From: Syntrophales bacterium
GTDB lineage: Bacteria > Desulfobacterota > Syntrophia > Syntrophales > UBA5619
Direction: 5' to 3'
Length of the DNA: 64,000 nt
Assembly (NCBI GenBank): GCA_030654195.1
Contig: JAURXV010000155.1
Span: 13,580 to 77,579, forward strand
Shown here: positions 17,454-25,790 of the stretch, in pieces
How positions within the stretch are numbered: the first letter of the stretch is position 1
Layout of the letters: every line of letters starts with the position of its first letter
Translations under genes and position numbers: made by a program
Notes under the pieces: model-generated
The model's database searches: none
The model's input: only the letters and a program-made list of their open reading frames with translations
What the model was told of the DNA's origin: nothing

Positions 17454-19389
17454 AAGGCGCGGTCTCGCCTTCAAGCTCTCCCTGTTGATCCTGACGGCAA
17501 CGGCCGTTATCTTTACCGCCGCCTTCGGCTATAACTACATCTACTCACGCAATCAGATCCTTAAGGATGTCGAGACCAACGCGCAGAGCCTGACGCTGGC
17601 CGCCGTAAGCAGGATTGAAACCGTCCTTCGCGGGGTTGAAAAGGACCCCTCCTATCTCGCCCATGCCCTCAGCGAGAATAAATTCGACCGCCGGGCGCTC
17701 CTTGGGCGGATCGAAGTCCTGCTCAACACAAACCCGGATATCTTCGGCTCCGCGGTGGCCTTTGAACCGTACACCTTCGATCCGAAGTCCCGCTACTTCG
17801 CCCCCTATTACTACCGTGACGGGGGGTCGCTGAAACTCATCTACCTCGGCAACAAACTCTATCAGTACTTCTTCTGGGACTGGTATCAGATTCCCAAGGA
17901 ACTGGAACGGGCGGTATGGAGTGAACCCTATTTTGACGAGGGGGCCGGCAACATCATCATGTCCACCTGCTCGATACCCTTCTCCCGCAAAAACGGCGAG
18001 AGGCGCGTTTTTACCGGTATCGTCACGGCTGATATCTCCCTGGACTGGTTGGTGGATATCGTCTCCAGGCTCTCCCCCTACGAGTCTGGCTACGCCTTCC
18101 TGATCTCCCAGAGCGGGGTGTTCGTCACCCACCCCGACAGGGAGGTGATCATGCGGGAGAGCATCTTCAGCGTGGCGGAAGCGGCCAATGACCGGGAGCT
18201 CCGGGAAACCGGAAGGGCGATGATCCGCGGCGAAACGGGGTTTGTCGCGCTTAAAAAACACTTCTCCGGGCAAAAGGCCTGGATGTACTATGCGCCGCTT
18301 CCCTCCGTCGGCTGGTCCATCGGGGTGGTTTTCCCCGAAGAGGCGCTTTTTGCGGGACTCAAGGATCTCACCCGGACGGTCCTCATCATCGGCACGGCCG
18401 GTTTCGGGCTCCTCTTTCTGATTATCGTCCTCATCTCCGGCACCATCACCCGGCCGCTGCGCACCCTCGCCGGCAAGGCCGCGGAGATCGCCCGGGGCAA
18501 CCTCGATATCGAAGTGACGGAGGTAAAAAGCAACGACGAGGTCGGCGATCTCTCCCGCTCCTTCGACAACATGAAGACGGCCCTGAAGAAGTACATCGCG
18601 AACCTCGCGGAAACCACCGCAGCCAAGGAACGTTACGAGAGCGAGCTGAAGATCGCCCGGACGATCCAGATGAGCTTCCTGCCCAAGAACTTCCCCCCCT
18701 TCCCGGAAAATATCGAGTTCGACATCTATGCGACCCTGGCCTCCGCGAAGGAGGTCGGCGGGGATCTTTACGATTTCTTCCTCCTCGACAAAGATCATCT
18801 CTTCTTCTCGATCGGCGACGTCTCGGGCAAAGGGGTCCCGGCGGCCCTCTTCATGGCGGCAGCCAAGACCCTGATGAAGGGAACGGCCGGCCGGGATATG
18901 GCCCCGTCGGAGGTGCTCTCCCGCGTCAACCGCGAGCTGTGCCTGGAAAACGACTCGATGATGTTCGTCACCGTCTTCTGCGGGATGCTCAACTTCCGGA
19001 CCGGAGAGGTGCTCTATTCCAACGCCGGCCACAATCCGCCGCTCGTCCTGAGGCCCGGACAGCCGCCGGAGTGGCTCCCCCTGCCCGACGGTTTCCTCCT
19101 CGGGACGATGGAAGACTCCGCCTATGAAACACGGCGGATCCTTCTTACACCCGGGGAGATGCTCCTGCTATATACGGACGGCGTCACGGAGGCGATGAAC
19201 GGCGAAAAGGCTTTCTATTACGAGGAGCGCCTGATCCGGGCGGCGAAGGACCATGAGCAGGGGTCGCCCAAGGAACTCGTCCGGGAAATCCTCCAGTCCG
19301 TCCGGGATTTCGCCGGCAGCGAACCACAGTCGGACGACATCACGCTGCTCGCCCTATCGTTCCGGGGCCGCGCGGAGAATCGATCATAA
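17428..19389 (+). CDS. Membrane sensor phosphatase: Cache-like periplasmic domain, HAMP, and PP2C/SpoIIE phosphatase (RsbU-like).
   Basis: Two transmembrane segments flank a roughly 280-aa extracytoplasmic domain. The HAMP region contains RPLRTLAGKAAEIARGNLD. SpoIIE motifs are EVGGDLYDFF, GDVSGKGVPAALFMA and LLLYTDGVTEA. Confidence 0.85.
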   Translation: MPTAPLASKRRGLAFKLSLLILTATAVIFTAAFGYNYIYSRNQILKDVETNAQSLTLAAVSRIETVLRGVEKDPSYLAHALSENKFDRRALLGRIEVLLNTNPDIFGSAVAFEPYTFDPKSRYFAPYYYRDGGSLKLIYLGNKLYQYFFWDWYQIPKELERAVWSEPYFDEGAGNIIMSTCSIPFSRKNGERRVFTGIVTADISLDWLVDIVSRLSPYESGYAFLISQSGVFVTHPDREVIMRESIFSVAEAANDRELRETGRAMIRGETGFVALKKHFSGQKAWMYYAPLPSVGWSIGVVFPEEALFAGLKDLTRTVLIIGTAGFGLLFLIIVLISGTITRPLRTLAGKAAEIARGNLDIEVTEVKSNDEVGDLSRSFDNMKTALKKYIANLAETTAAKERYESELKIARTIQMSFLPKNFPPFPENIEFDIYATLASAKEVGGDLYDFFLLDKDHLFFSIGDVSGKGVPAALFMAAAKTLMKGTAGRDMAPSEVLSRVNRELCLENDSMMFVTVFCGMLNFRTGEVLYSNAGHNPPLVLRPGQPPEWLPLPDGFLLGTMEDSAYETRRILLTPGEMLLLYTDGVTEAMNGEKAFYYEERLIRAAKDHEQGSPKELVREILQSVRDFAGSEPQSDDITLLALSFRGRAENRS

Positions 19390-19515
19390 CGACGGTTCAC
19401 GGACAACGGCAAAGGAAACCGGGGATGCTGAGCGATGATTTGTTCGAAGAAAGCATGATGACTCGGTGAGGTGCAGTGAAAAGGAATCGTTCCTAAAAGA
19501 AAGAAGGGAGTTGCT

Positions 19516-20736
19516 ATGAAAAGGTATGGAGATTTTATCACATCTGAAGAAGATCTGGCCCTGTTGATAAGCATCCGTAAGTATATTGACAAAGAGGTGA
19601 TGACGGTTCGCATGCAGTTGGATGACGACTACGCCGTCTTTGAGAAGGCCTATGAAGGCCTGGTGAAGCTCGGCATCCAGAAGCGGGGTTTCTCTCCCGA
19701 ATATGGCGGTCTGGGAATCCGATCGGCAACCACGATCTGCGCCATCACGGAAGAGATATCCCGAGGCGACAGCGGGCTGTCCCTTCACGCGCTCATCATA
19801 CCCTGGTGTCTGGCTGCAGCGATGGGGGCGCGCAACAAGGTCCTGATGGATAAGTTCATTCCCATGTTCTGTGAGGACACCCCCCGCTGCGGCTGTTTGG
19901 CCATTACCGAACCGGCTGGAGGCTGCAACATCGAAGATGCGGCGGAGCATGGCCTTACCATTCGAACCAGGGCCAGGCTGGAGGGGGATGAATGGGTTAT
20001 CAATGGTGAAAAAATGTGGCCCAGCGGCGCCGGCGTTGCCGATCTCTATTGTGTCGTCTGCACAACGGATGCCAGCCAGAAGGAAGAGGGCATGGCGCTC
20101 ATCTATGTTCCCAAGGATACCCCCGGACTTTCCTTTGGCAAGCCGGAAGAAAAAATGGGAATGAAGGTGACGGACTTCAATGCCGCCATCTACTTCGACG
20201 ACGTGAGGGTGCCCAAAGAATATCGAGCCGGGGGACCCGGCATTGACTGGCGGCTTTTCAGGAATAACGTAGCCTGGGGACGGCTCATGAGCGCCCCCAT
20301 GACGCTGGGAAACGCTCAGGCCGTATTAGATATCGTCATAGAACATTCCCGGACAAGATACTATGGAGGAAAACCCGTCCGGAACCATTCCCTTCAGGCA
20401 GCCATGATCGCCGACATGGCCATCGGCATAGAATCGGCGCGCGCCTTTTACCTCTCTGTGGCGGCCATGTTCAACAACCGTAAGAAATACGGAAATCCCG
20501 GCGAGGATTACCTTTTGGCCCGCACCAGCGCTGCCAAGGTGTATGCCTGCGATGTCACCGAGATGGTCTGCAACAGGGCTATGGAGCTGATGGGTTCCTA
20601 TGGCTATGCCCGCGATTACCACGTGGAAAAATACCTCAGGGACTCTAAGATTGTCCAGCTCTGGCTGGGCGGCGGACAACTGGGAAGGCTGGACGTGGTC
20701 CAAAGCTACTACCCTTACGTTGAGGGTAATAAGTAA
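19516..20736 (+). CDS. Acyl-CoA dehydrogenase family protein.
   Basis: The 406-aa length and conserved stretches CLAITEPAGGCN, ING.KMWPSGAG and MELMGSYGY..DY.VEKYLRD fit the family. Confidence 0.9.
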   Translation: MKRYGDFITSEEDLALLISIRKYIDKEVMTVRMQLDDDYAVFEKAYEGLVKLGIQKRGFSPEYGGLGIRSATTICAITEEISRGDSGLSLHALIIPWCLAAAMGARNKVLMDKFIPMFCEDTPRCGCLAITEPAGGCNIEDAAEHGLTIRTRARLEGDEWVINGEKMWPSGAGVADLYCVVCTTDASQKEEGMALIYVPKDTPGLSFGKPEEKMGMKVTDFNAAIYFDDVRVPKEYRAGGPGIDWRLFRNNVAWGRLMSAPMTLGNAQAVLDIVIEHSRTRYYGGKPVRNHSLQAAMIADMAIGIESARAFYLSVAAMFNNRKKYGNPGEDYLLARTSAAKVYACDVTEMVCNRAMELMGSYGYARDYHVEKYLRDSKIVQLWLGGGQLGRLDVVQSYYPYVEGNK

Positions 20737-20789
20737 AGCATTTTACCCCATTGCCAGACAAGGCATGATTTTGATCCGATTTATAAGAG

Positions 20790-20953
20790 GAGGTAATTGC
20801 AAAACTCTTCCAAATATGTTCCCCCTCCCTTGACGGGAGGGGGTTAGGGGGTGGGTGAGGCTGCAACATGCAGATTTCATGGCAACCTCCCCCCCACCCT
20901 AACCCTCCCCCGCCAGGAGGGAGGGGACTTATTGATACTTTTGCAATTACCTC
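20790..20953. repeat. Nested imperfect palindromic element with G-run and C-run arms.
   Basis: The outer inverted repeat is gaggtaattgcaaaa (20790-20804) paired with ttttgcaattacctc (20939-20953). The inner arms are cccttgacgggagggggttagggggtggg and ccaccctaaccctcccccgccaggagggaggg. A related core occurs at 60892-60995. Confidence 0.7.
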
Positions 20954-21039
20954 AGAGGTCATCCTTTCTTTAAAACGGTTGGGGCAAATTCTTACAAGAA
21001 TCAACACAAGACGCCATGTTTCAAAAAGAGGCGGCGGCT

Positions 21040-21981
21040 TCAGACCGATCGGGCCTTCCAGATCCCGCCTTCCCTGACGATCCGCGTGCTCCCGCCGGGA
21101 TGGGGCGGTTGTTTGCCGACGTTCAGCGTGTATTCCGAATCGTGGGGAAGGCGGATGCCGAAGCCGTCCGCCGTCCGGAAGGCCTCGGGAAGGATCGTCC
21201 CGATCCGTTGCGACCGGGCGGCCGCAAAGAGCTGCGCGGTATGGGAAAATGATAGCAATTCTTCGATGGTCTTCAGGGTCGGGGGCATCAGAATGATCCG
21301 GCCCGCCTCGTTCTCCGCCAGCGCGAAGGCGGGCGTCATCCAGGAGGACTCCGTCAGCTCCATCCTGTCGTGGACGGGAACCTGCCCCTCCGGGAGGCGC
21401 GCCAGAAAGAAGCGGGTATTAAACCGCCGGGATTCGATCTCCGGGGTGATCCAGTGTGCGTAGGGGATGAGAAGATCGGGGGCGAAGACGAGCCCTTCCC
21501 GCCTTACCAGCTCTGCGAGGGTGAGCCGTTCCTCATGGAGTTCCAGACGATAAGAGGAAAAGCGGGCGGCCGTTTCCGGTGCGGACAGATCGACCACGCT
21601 TCCGCGGGCATCGCGGGCGAGGAGTACCCCCGCCTCTTCAAAGGTCTCCCGGATCGCGGCCACAAAGAGGCCGAGGGCGATCGCCTCCGGAAGGTCCGTT
21701 TCCTGGAGAAGACGCTTCGCATCGGCCGCGCGGAACCCGCTGGTGCAGGCCGCAATTTCCGGGTCCGCATCGGCGTCGTCCAGGCCGCCTCCGGGAAAGA
21801 CAAAGGCCCCGCCCATAAAGATCTGGTTCCGGTGGCGACGCATGAGGAACACCTCATACGGTCCCTCCGTCTGATCGCGCAGCAGGATCACCGTCGCGGC
21901 ATCCCGTGGCGCCTGTTTCCCCTCGTCCCTTCCCCCATTTTTAGTGAAAAATCTGCCTATCTCCAATGTTTTCCTCTCCAT
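21040..21981 (-). CDS. NUDIX hydrolase family protein.
   Basis: A Nudix box is present: GGAFVFPGGGLDD...AAIRETFEEAGVLLA. Confidence 0.8.
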   Translation of the reverse strand: MERKTLEIGRFFTKNGGRDEGKQAPRDAATVILLRDQTEGPYEVFLMRRHRNQIFMGGAFVFPGGGLDDADADPEIAACTSGFRAADAKRLLQETDLPEAIALGLFVAAIRETFEEAGVLLARDARGSVVDLSAPETAARFSSYRLELHEERLTLAELVRREGLVFAPDLLIPYAHWITPEIESRRFNTRFFLARLPEGQVPVHDRMELTESSWMTPAFALAENEAGRIILMPPTLKTIEELLSFSHTAQLFAAARSQRIGTILPEAFRTADGFGIRLPHDSEYTLNVGKQPPHPGGSTRIVREGGIWKARSV

Positions 21982-21986
21982 CGTTA

Positions 21987-22172
21987 GACGGCTACGTAAA
22001 AAGTCCGGATGCTGCGTTGCGCTTCATCCCTCGTCATTGCGGCGTACGACACAGTACGCCTCATTCCTCAGGATTCGCGCGCCTTGCTGGAGCCTGCCCC
22101 GGCGAAGGCCGGGGGCCTTTTTACGAAGCCGTCCCATTTTCGCGACTTTTAAAACTTTTTAAGGGGTCGTCA
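21987..22172. repeat. Structured intergenic repeat element, full copy A of the GACGGCTTCGTAAAAAG...CTTTTTACGAAGCCGTC family.
   Basis: It aligns by eye along most of its length with 28716-28880. It has terminal inverted repeats and an internal palindrome, ggcgtac...gtacgcc. Confidence 0.75.
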
Positions 22173-22175
22173 TCG

Positions 22176-22964
22176 TTACTTCGCCAGCAGGCCGCCGTCG
22201 TTTACCAGGATCTGGCCCGTCATGTAGGCCGAGGCGTCCGAGGCAAGGAAGACGGCAAGCCCCTTCATGTCGTCGCAATCCCCGATCCGCTTGAGTGGGA
22301 TGTTTGCAAGCGTCAGGTCATAGGCGGCCTTGAATTCCGGCTTCTCGATGTAGGCCATCATGTCGGTCCGGAAGAAGCCGGGGGCGGTTGCATTCACGCG
22401 GATCTTGTAGGGCGCGAGCTTCACCGCGAGGTTCATCGTGAGCAGGTTGATCGCCGCCTTCGTTGAGTTGTAGGGGACGGCCGGATGGAGCAGTTCCTCC
22501 GAGCCCCGGAACCCCATGACCGACGAGATGTTGATGATGTTTCCGCCGCCCTGGTTCTTCATCAGGTTCGCGACCTTCTGGGTGAGGACCCAGACGCCGC
22601 GAACGTTCACGTTGAAGAGCTGATCCCACTTTTCCAGAGGAAATTCCAGCGTGGGCGCCCCCCAGGTAGCCCCGGCGTTGTTCACCAGGATGTCGATCCG
22701 GGGGAATTTCTCCAGCGCCGCTTTGAGCATGGCGTCGATCGCCTCCGGATTTGCGATGTCGCAGGCAACCGGCAGAACCTTCACGTCGAACTCCTGCGAG
22801 AGGGCCTGCGCGGTAATCTCGAGATTCTTTATCTTCCGGGAGGTGAGGATCAGATCGGCGCCCGCCTCCGCCAGCCCCGTGGCGATGAACTTTCCGATCC
22901 CCCTGCCCCCGCCCGTCACGAGGGCGACCTTGCCGCTCAACCGGAACAGATCGTACAGTTTCAT
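22176..22964 (-). CDS. SDR-family oxidoreductase (FabG/gluconate 5-dehydrogenase-like).
   Basis: TGGGRGIGK (TGxxxGIG) and the catalytic YNSTK (YxxxK) are present. I chose ATG 22964 because GGAGG lies 5 nt upstream of it. Confidence 0.9.
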   Translation of the reverse strand: MKLYDLFRLSGKVALVTGGGRGIGKFIATGLAEAGADLILTSRKIKNLEITAQALSQEFDVKVLPVACDIANPEAIDAMLKAALEKFPRIDILVNNAGATWGAPTLEFPLEKWDQLFNVNVRGVWVLTQKVANLMKNQGGGNIINISSVMGFRGSEELLHPAVPYNSTKAAINLLTMNLAVKLAPYKIRVNATAPGFFRTDMMAYIEKPEFKAAYDLTLANIPLKRIGDCDDMKGLAVFLASDASAYMTGQILVNDGGLLAK

Positions 22965-23070
22965 GCGAACCTCCATCGATGGGATATTGGACCCGTCGGA
23001 AACGGGCGAATCTCATTTTAACTTCCGAGAAGGGAAATACAATGACGAACCCAAAGCAGGGTCGGATTCA

Positions 23071-23157
23071 TGGTGCCGGAGGTCGGAATCGAACCGACAT
23101 GCCCTTGCGGACGGGGGATTTTGAGTCCCCTGCGTCTACCAGTTTCACCACTCCGGC
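23071..23157 (-). tRNA. tRNA-Leu (anticodon CAA).
   Basis: The reverse complement reads GCCGGAGTGGTGAAACTGGTAGACGC...GGGGACTCAAAATCCCC...GGTTCGATTCCGACCTCCGGCACCA. It has a 7-bp acceptor stem, a long variable arm, anticodon loop CTCAAAA, and an encoded CCA. Confidence 0.9.
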
Positions 23158-23265
23158 ACGGCGGTGATTATTAGAAGTAGGGATCCAAAATGTCAAGAAA
23201 AATGTATTGACAGCGCCCGAAATCTCGTGTTAGGAGCTGGCTTCTTCAGCGAAAGCAGATCATGT

Positions 23266-23341
23266 GGGGTTGTAGCTCAGCTGGGAGAGCGCTTGAATGG
23301 CATTCAAGAGGCCGCGAGTTCGATCCTCGCCAGCTCCACCA
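23266..23341 (+). tRNA. tRNA-Ala (anticodon GGC).
   Basis: GGGGTTGTAGCTCAGCTGGGAGAGCGCTTGAATGGCATTCAAGAGGCCGCGAGTTCGATCCTCGCCAGCTCCACCA. The G3:U70 identity pair is present, and the anticodon loop is ATGGCAT. Confidence 0.9.
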
Positions 23342-23350
23342 AGACAATAA

Positions 23351-23386
23351 AGGGGTTAACGGAAATCGTTAGCCCCTTTTTCTTTT
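23351..23386 (+). terminator. Rho-independent terminator after tRNA-Ala.
   Basis: Stem AGGGGTTAACG/CGTTAGCCCCT (one G-U pair), loop GAAAT, followed by TTTTTCTTTT. Confidence 0.6.
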
Positions 23387-23433
23387 GATGTTTTACCTAT
23401 TGCTAACCTCCGAAAAAATTTTAACATTTTCGT

Positions 23434-25716
23434 TTACGCGTGGTTGTCGATGAATTCGTAAATTGCCGGTTGTGTGCAAACTTCATAGTATTTTCTTGAC
23501 GTTGGGCCGATCACATCCATGGTGTCCGGTTTGACCTCAAGAACGGCGGCTTCTCTAATCACCAGACGCTGATACTTTCCGCTTAATGTCGGCACCTTTC
23601 CGGTATAAAGTGTGATCCTTTCATTATTTTCTGCTGGATACTCGATGCTTTTCAGGTTGATTTCTTTGGAGAGCTTGGCAAAACCATCCGGGGCAAGTTC
23701 AATCCCGTTGACATTGTATCTCAGAGAAATGTCATCTGCCGTAGCCTCGATCTCTTCATTCCGAATATTCTGAAATACAGACAGATTAAACATCCGCTCT
23801 TGATTCTTGAAACGCTTGCGCAGCCTCTTGTCGCAGCTGGACAGTCGATCTGCAAGATTGATCGCATGGGAAATCATGATCCTGGAATCTCCATCGAATA
23901 GAAACGCCGGAGGGCTCGGCATGTAACAGATACCGATTCCCAGTTCGAGAATCGGCAGATCATGTTCTCCATTTTTAGCATTATATTGCCGAACAATCTG
24001 AAGCATGTTGACCGCCAGTCCGCATGCCCGGGCCACACTGTACCCACCCTGCAGCGTCTCTTCGCTTTCGAAGATGGACAGAATAATCGCATCTCCTTCG
24101 AGAAATTCCTTGGAGGCATTATAGTCGCTGACGATTTCGGAGATCGGATCAAAAAAGTTAAGGCTGAAATAGGATGCCGGGTTTAGCCCCCTGACTCTCA
24201 TCGTGTGCGTGATACCCACAGAGCCGCGAATGTCCGCTTTGATAATGACGTGACCGATGATCGGTTTTTCTTCCTTGACCCGTTCCTCCGGAAGCGGAAA
24301 CTCATACAGCAATCGATTTTTCTTCGACAGCAATAAAATTTTTTCATCCTTTACAAGGTTGATTGCGTCCATTGCATGTTTCAGGAGCCGGCCATTTTCC
24401 AGGTCCCTGTGATACCGGAGAAAATCTTTGAGAAAACTCAGCAGATGTTCCTTCTTTTCCCGAGAGGAACTGCTCTTTATCCGGCGGATCGTTTCATCAA
24501 GCGGTGCAAGAGAAAAGTTATCGCCGGCAAATGATCCCCGGCGCTTCAGTTCTCGAACAATGGATTTTCTCGACCCGGGTTTTACAAGATATTCCCGGAG
24601 CTGCACCGGCCGCAGAGGGGGGCAATAGCTGCTGTAAACGCTTTTCATTTCATATGCGGCCACGATAAGTTCTAACAGATCAGATTTCTTGAATTTCTTA
24701 TAAAATAGATTTAACAGCTTCTCTTGGATTTTTATCCGCGATTTCAATTCGAGAAGAATATTTTTCGACTCTTTCCCTTTAGCCTTTTTATACTGTTCCT
24801 CAGAATCAAAACAGTTGAACATCAGGTCGATATTGTCGATTTCCATTAACCAGGGATCCAATGCATTGCCGTCAGCCGACAGAATGTCCGCCTGCTTTGT
24901 TTCTCCGGTTTCATGTTCACCGTCGGCGGTGCTCTCCCGCCCTAAATCCGTTTCGCTCAACAGGTCATCGATGATCGATTTAAGACGTCTGTAATTATCG
25001 GGCTCATCGGATCGCTGGCTCAAGAGCACATATGCATCCATGAGAAGAAAATCGTCTGCAACGTTATCGGTATGGAGTGTCGGATTGATGAAATAGTTGT
25101 CCGGGAGAATGTACTCGGAAGGGAAATTCGACTCCCGGATATTTCTCAGATTCTTGGCGTGAACATCAGCCAGCACCTGAAACAGTTCTTCTCCCACCAG
25201 TCGAACAATCCGTTTCTGATTTTGCTTGATTTCAGTCAGCTTCTCCTTCATTTTTAACCATTCATGCTGGTCATATCGTCGGGATAACTCAAAGTCTCTA
25301 ATGAAGATTTCAAAATTCGTTATCATTTTTCGATATTCGCTTTGGATCTCTTCAAGAAACATTTTTGCAAGAGAAAACTGCCCCAGAAAATCGATTTGAA
25401 CTTCAGATTCGGATTTGGCCTTGTTTATTCCTTCCTGCAAGACCTCTGTGCAAACATGCTTTAAAGCAATTTTTTCATTTTCTCGGCGTTCTTTTTTATC
25501 GTTCTCGAAAAAGATTTCGGAGCGGCTATGTTTAATCATCGAAACGGATACCGCCCGTTTGACGACGGTGTGAACCTGAGGACTGATGCGGACATCGATA
25601 TGGATGTTGTCCACCCCCAAAACAAGCCTGTCCAAAGAAAAATTGATTAGATAACGTTTAAGCGGGAGCTGTTTGAGGCTCGGCGGTTTTGAAAAGAAAC
25701 TGAGAAAACTTATCAT
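23434..25716 (-). CDS. Large cytoplasmic protein with a C-proximal class III nucleotidyl cyclase-like domain and an uncharacterised helical N-terminal region of about 480 aa.
   Basis: Residues about 486-628 read VIIKADIRGSVGIT ... FLEGDAIILSIF ... LELGIGICY ... HAINLADRLSS. This fits the two-Asp plus N-x-A-x-R pattern of class III cyclases. No GGDEF motif and no transmembrane segments are present. The gene is clearly AT-richer than its flanks. Confidence 0.6.
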   Translation of the reverse strand: MISFLSFFSKPPSLKQLPLKRYLINFSLDRLVLGVDNIHIDVRISPQVHTVVKRAVSVSMIKHSRSEIFFENDKKERRENEKIALKHVCTEVLQEGINKAKSESEVQIDFLGQFSLAKMFLEEIQSEYRKMITNFEIFIRDFELSRRYDQHEWLKMKEKLTEIKQNQKRIVRLVGEELFQVLADVHAKNLRNIRESNFPSEYILPDNYFINPTLHTDNVADDFLLMDAYVLLSQRSDEPDNYRRLKSIIDDLLSETDLGRESTADGEHETGETKQADILSADGNALDPWLMEIDNIDLMFNCFDSEEQYKKAKGKESKNILLELKSRIKIQEKLLNLFYKKFKKSDLLELIVAAYEMKSVYSSYCPPLRPVQLREYLVKPGSRKSIVRELKRRGSFAGDNFSLAPLDETIRRIKSSSSREKKEHLLSFLKDFLRYHRDLENGRLLKHAMDAINLVKDEKILLLSKKNRLLYEFPLPEERVKEEKPIIGHVIIKADIRGSVGITHTMRVRGLNPASYFSLNFFDPISEIVSDYNASKEFLEGDAIILSIFESEETLQGGYSVARACGLAVNMLQIVRQYNAKNGEHDLPILELGIGICYMPSPPAFLFDGDSRIMISHAINLADRLSSCDKRLRKRFKNQERMFNLSVFQNIRNEEIEATADDISLRYNVNGIELAPDGFAKLSKEINLKSIEYPAENNERITLYTGKVPTLSGKYQRLVIREAAVLEVKPDTMDVIGPTSRKYYEVCTQPAIYEFIDNHA

Positions 25717-25790
25717 GGCATTATTGTCGGCGGCTGAGCTGATCGTTGCCGGTCAGCCCCTTTGCATGTCCCTTCGAATCAGGGGCAGGT

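Noticed and set aside
23158-25790. tRNA-targeted integration of the low-GC cyclase gene with att-type direct repeats.
   Set aside because: I found no copy of the tRNA-Ala or tRNA-Leu 3' end at the far side of the gene (25717-25790) and no integrase. The atypical composition stands, but the integration mechanism is unsupported.
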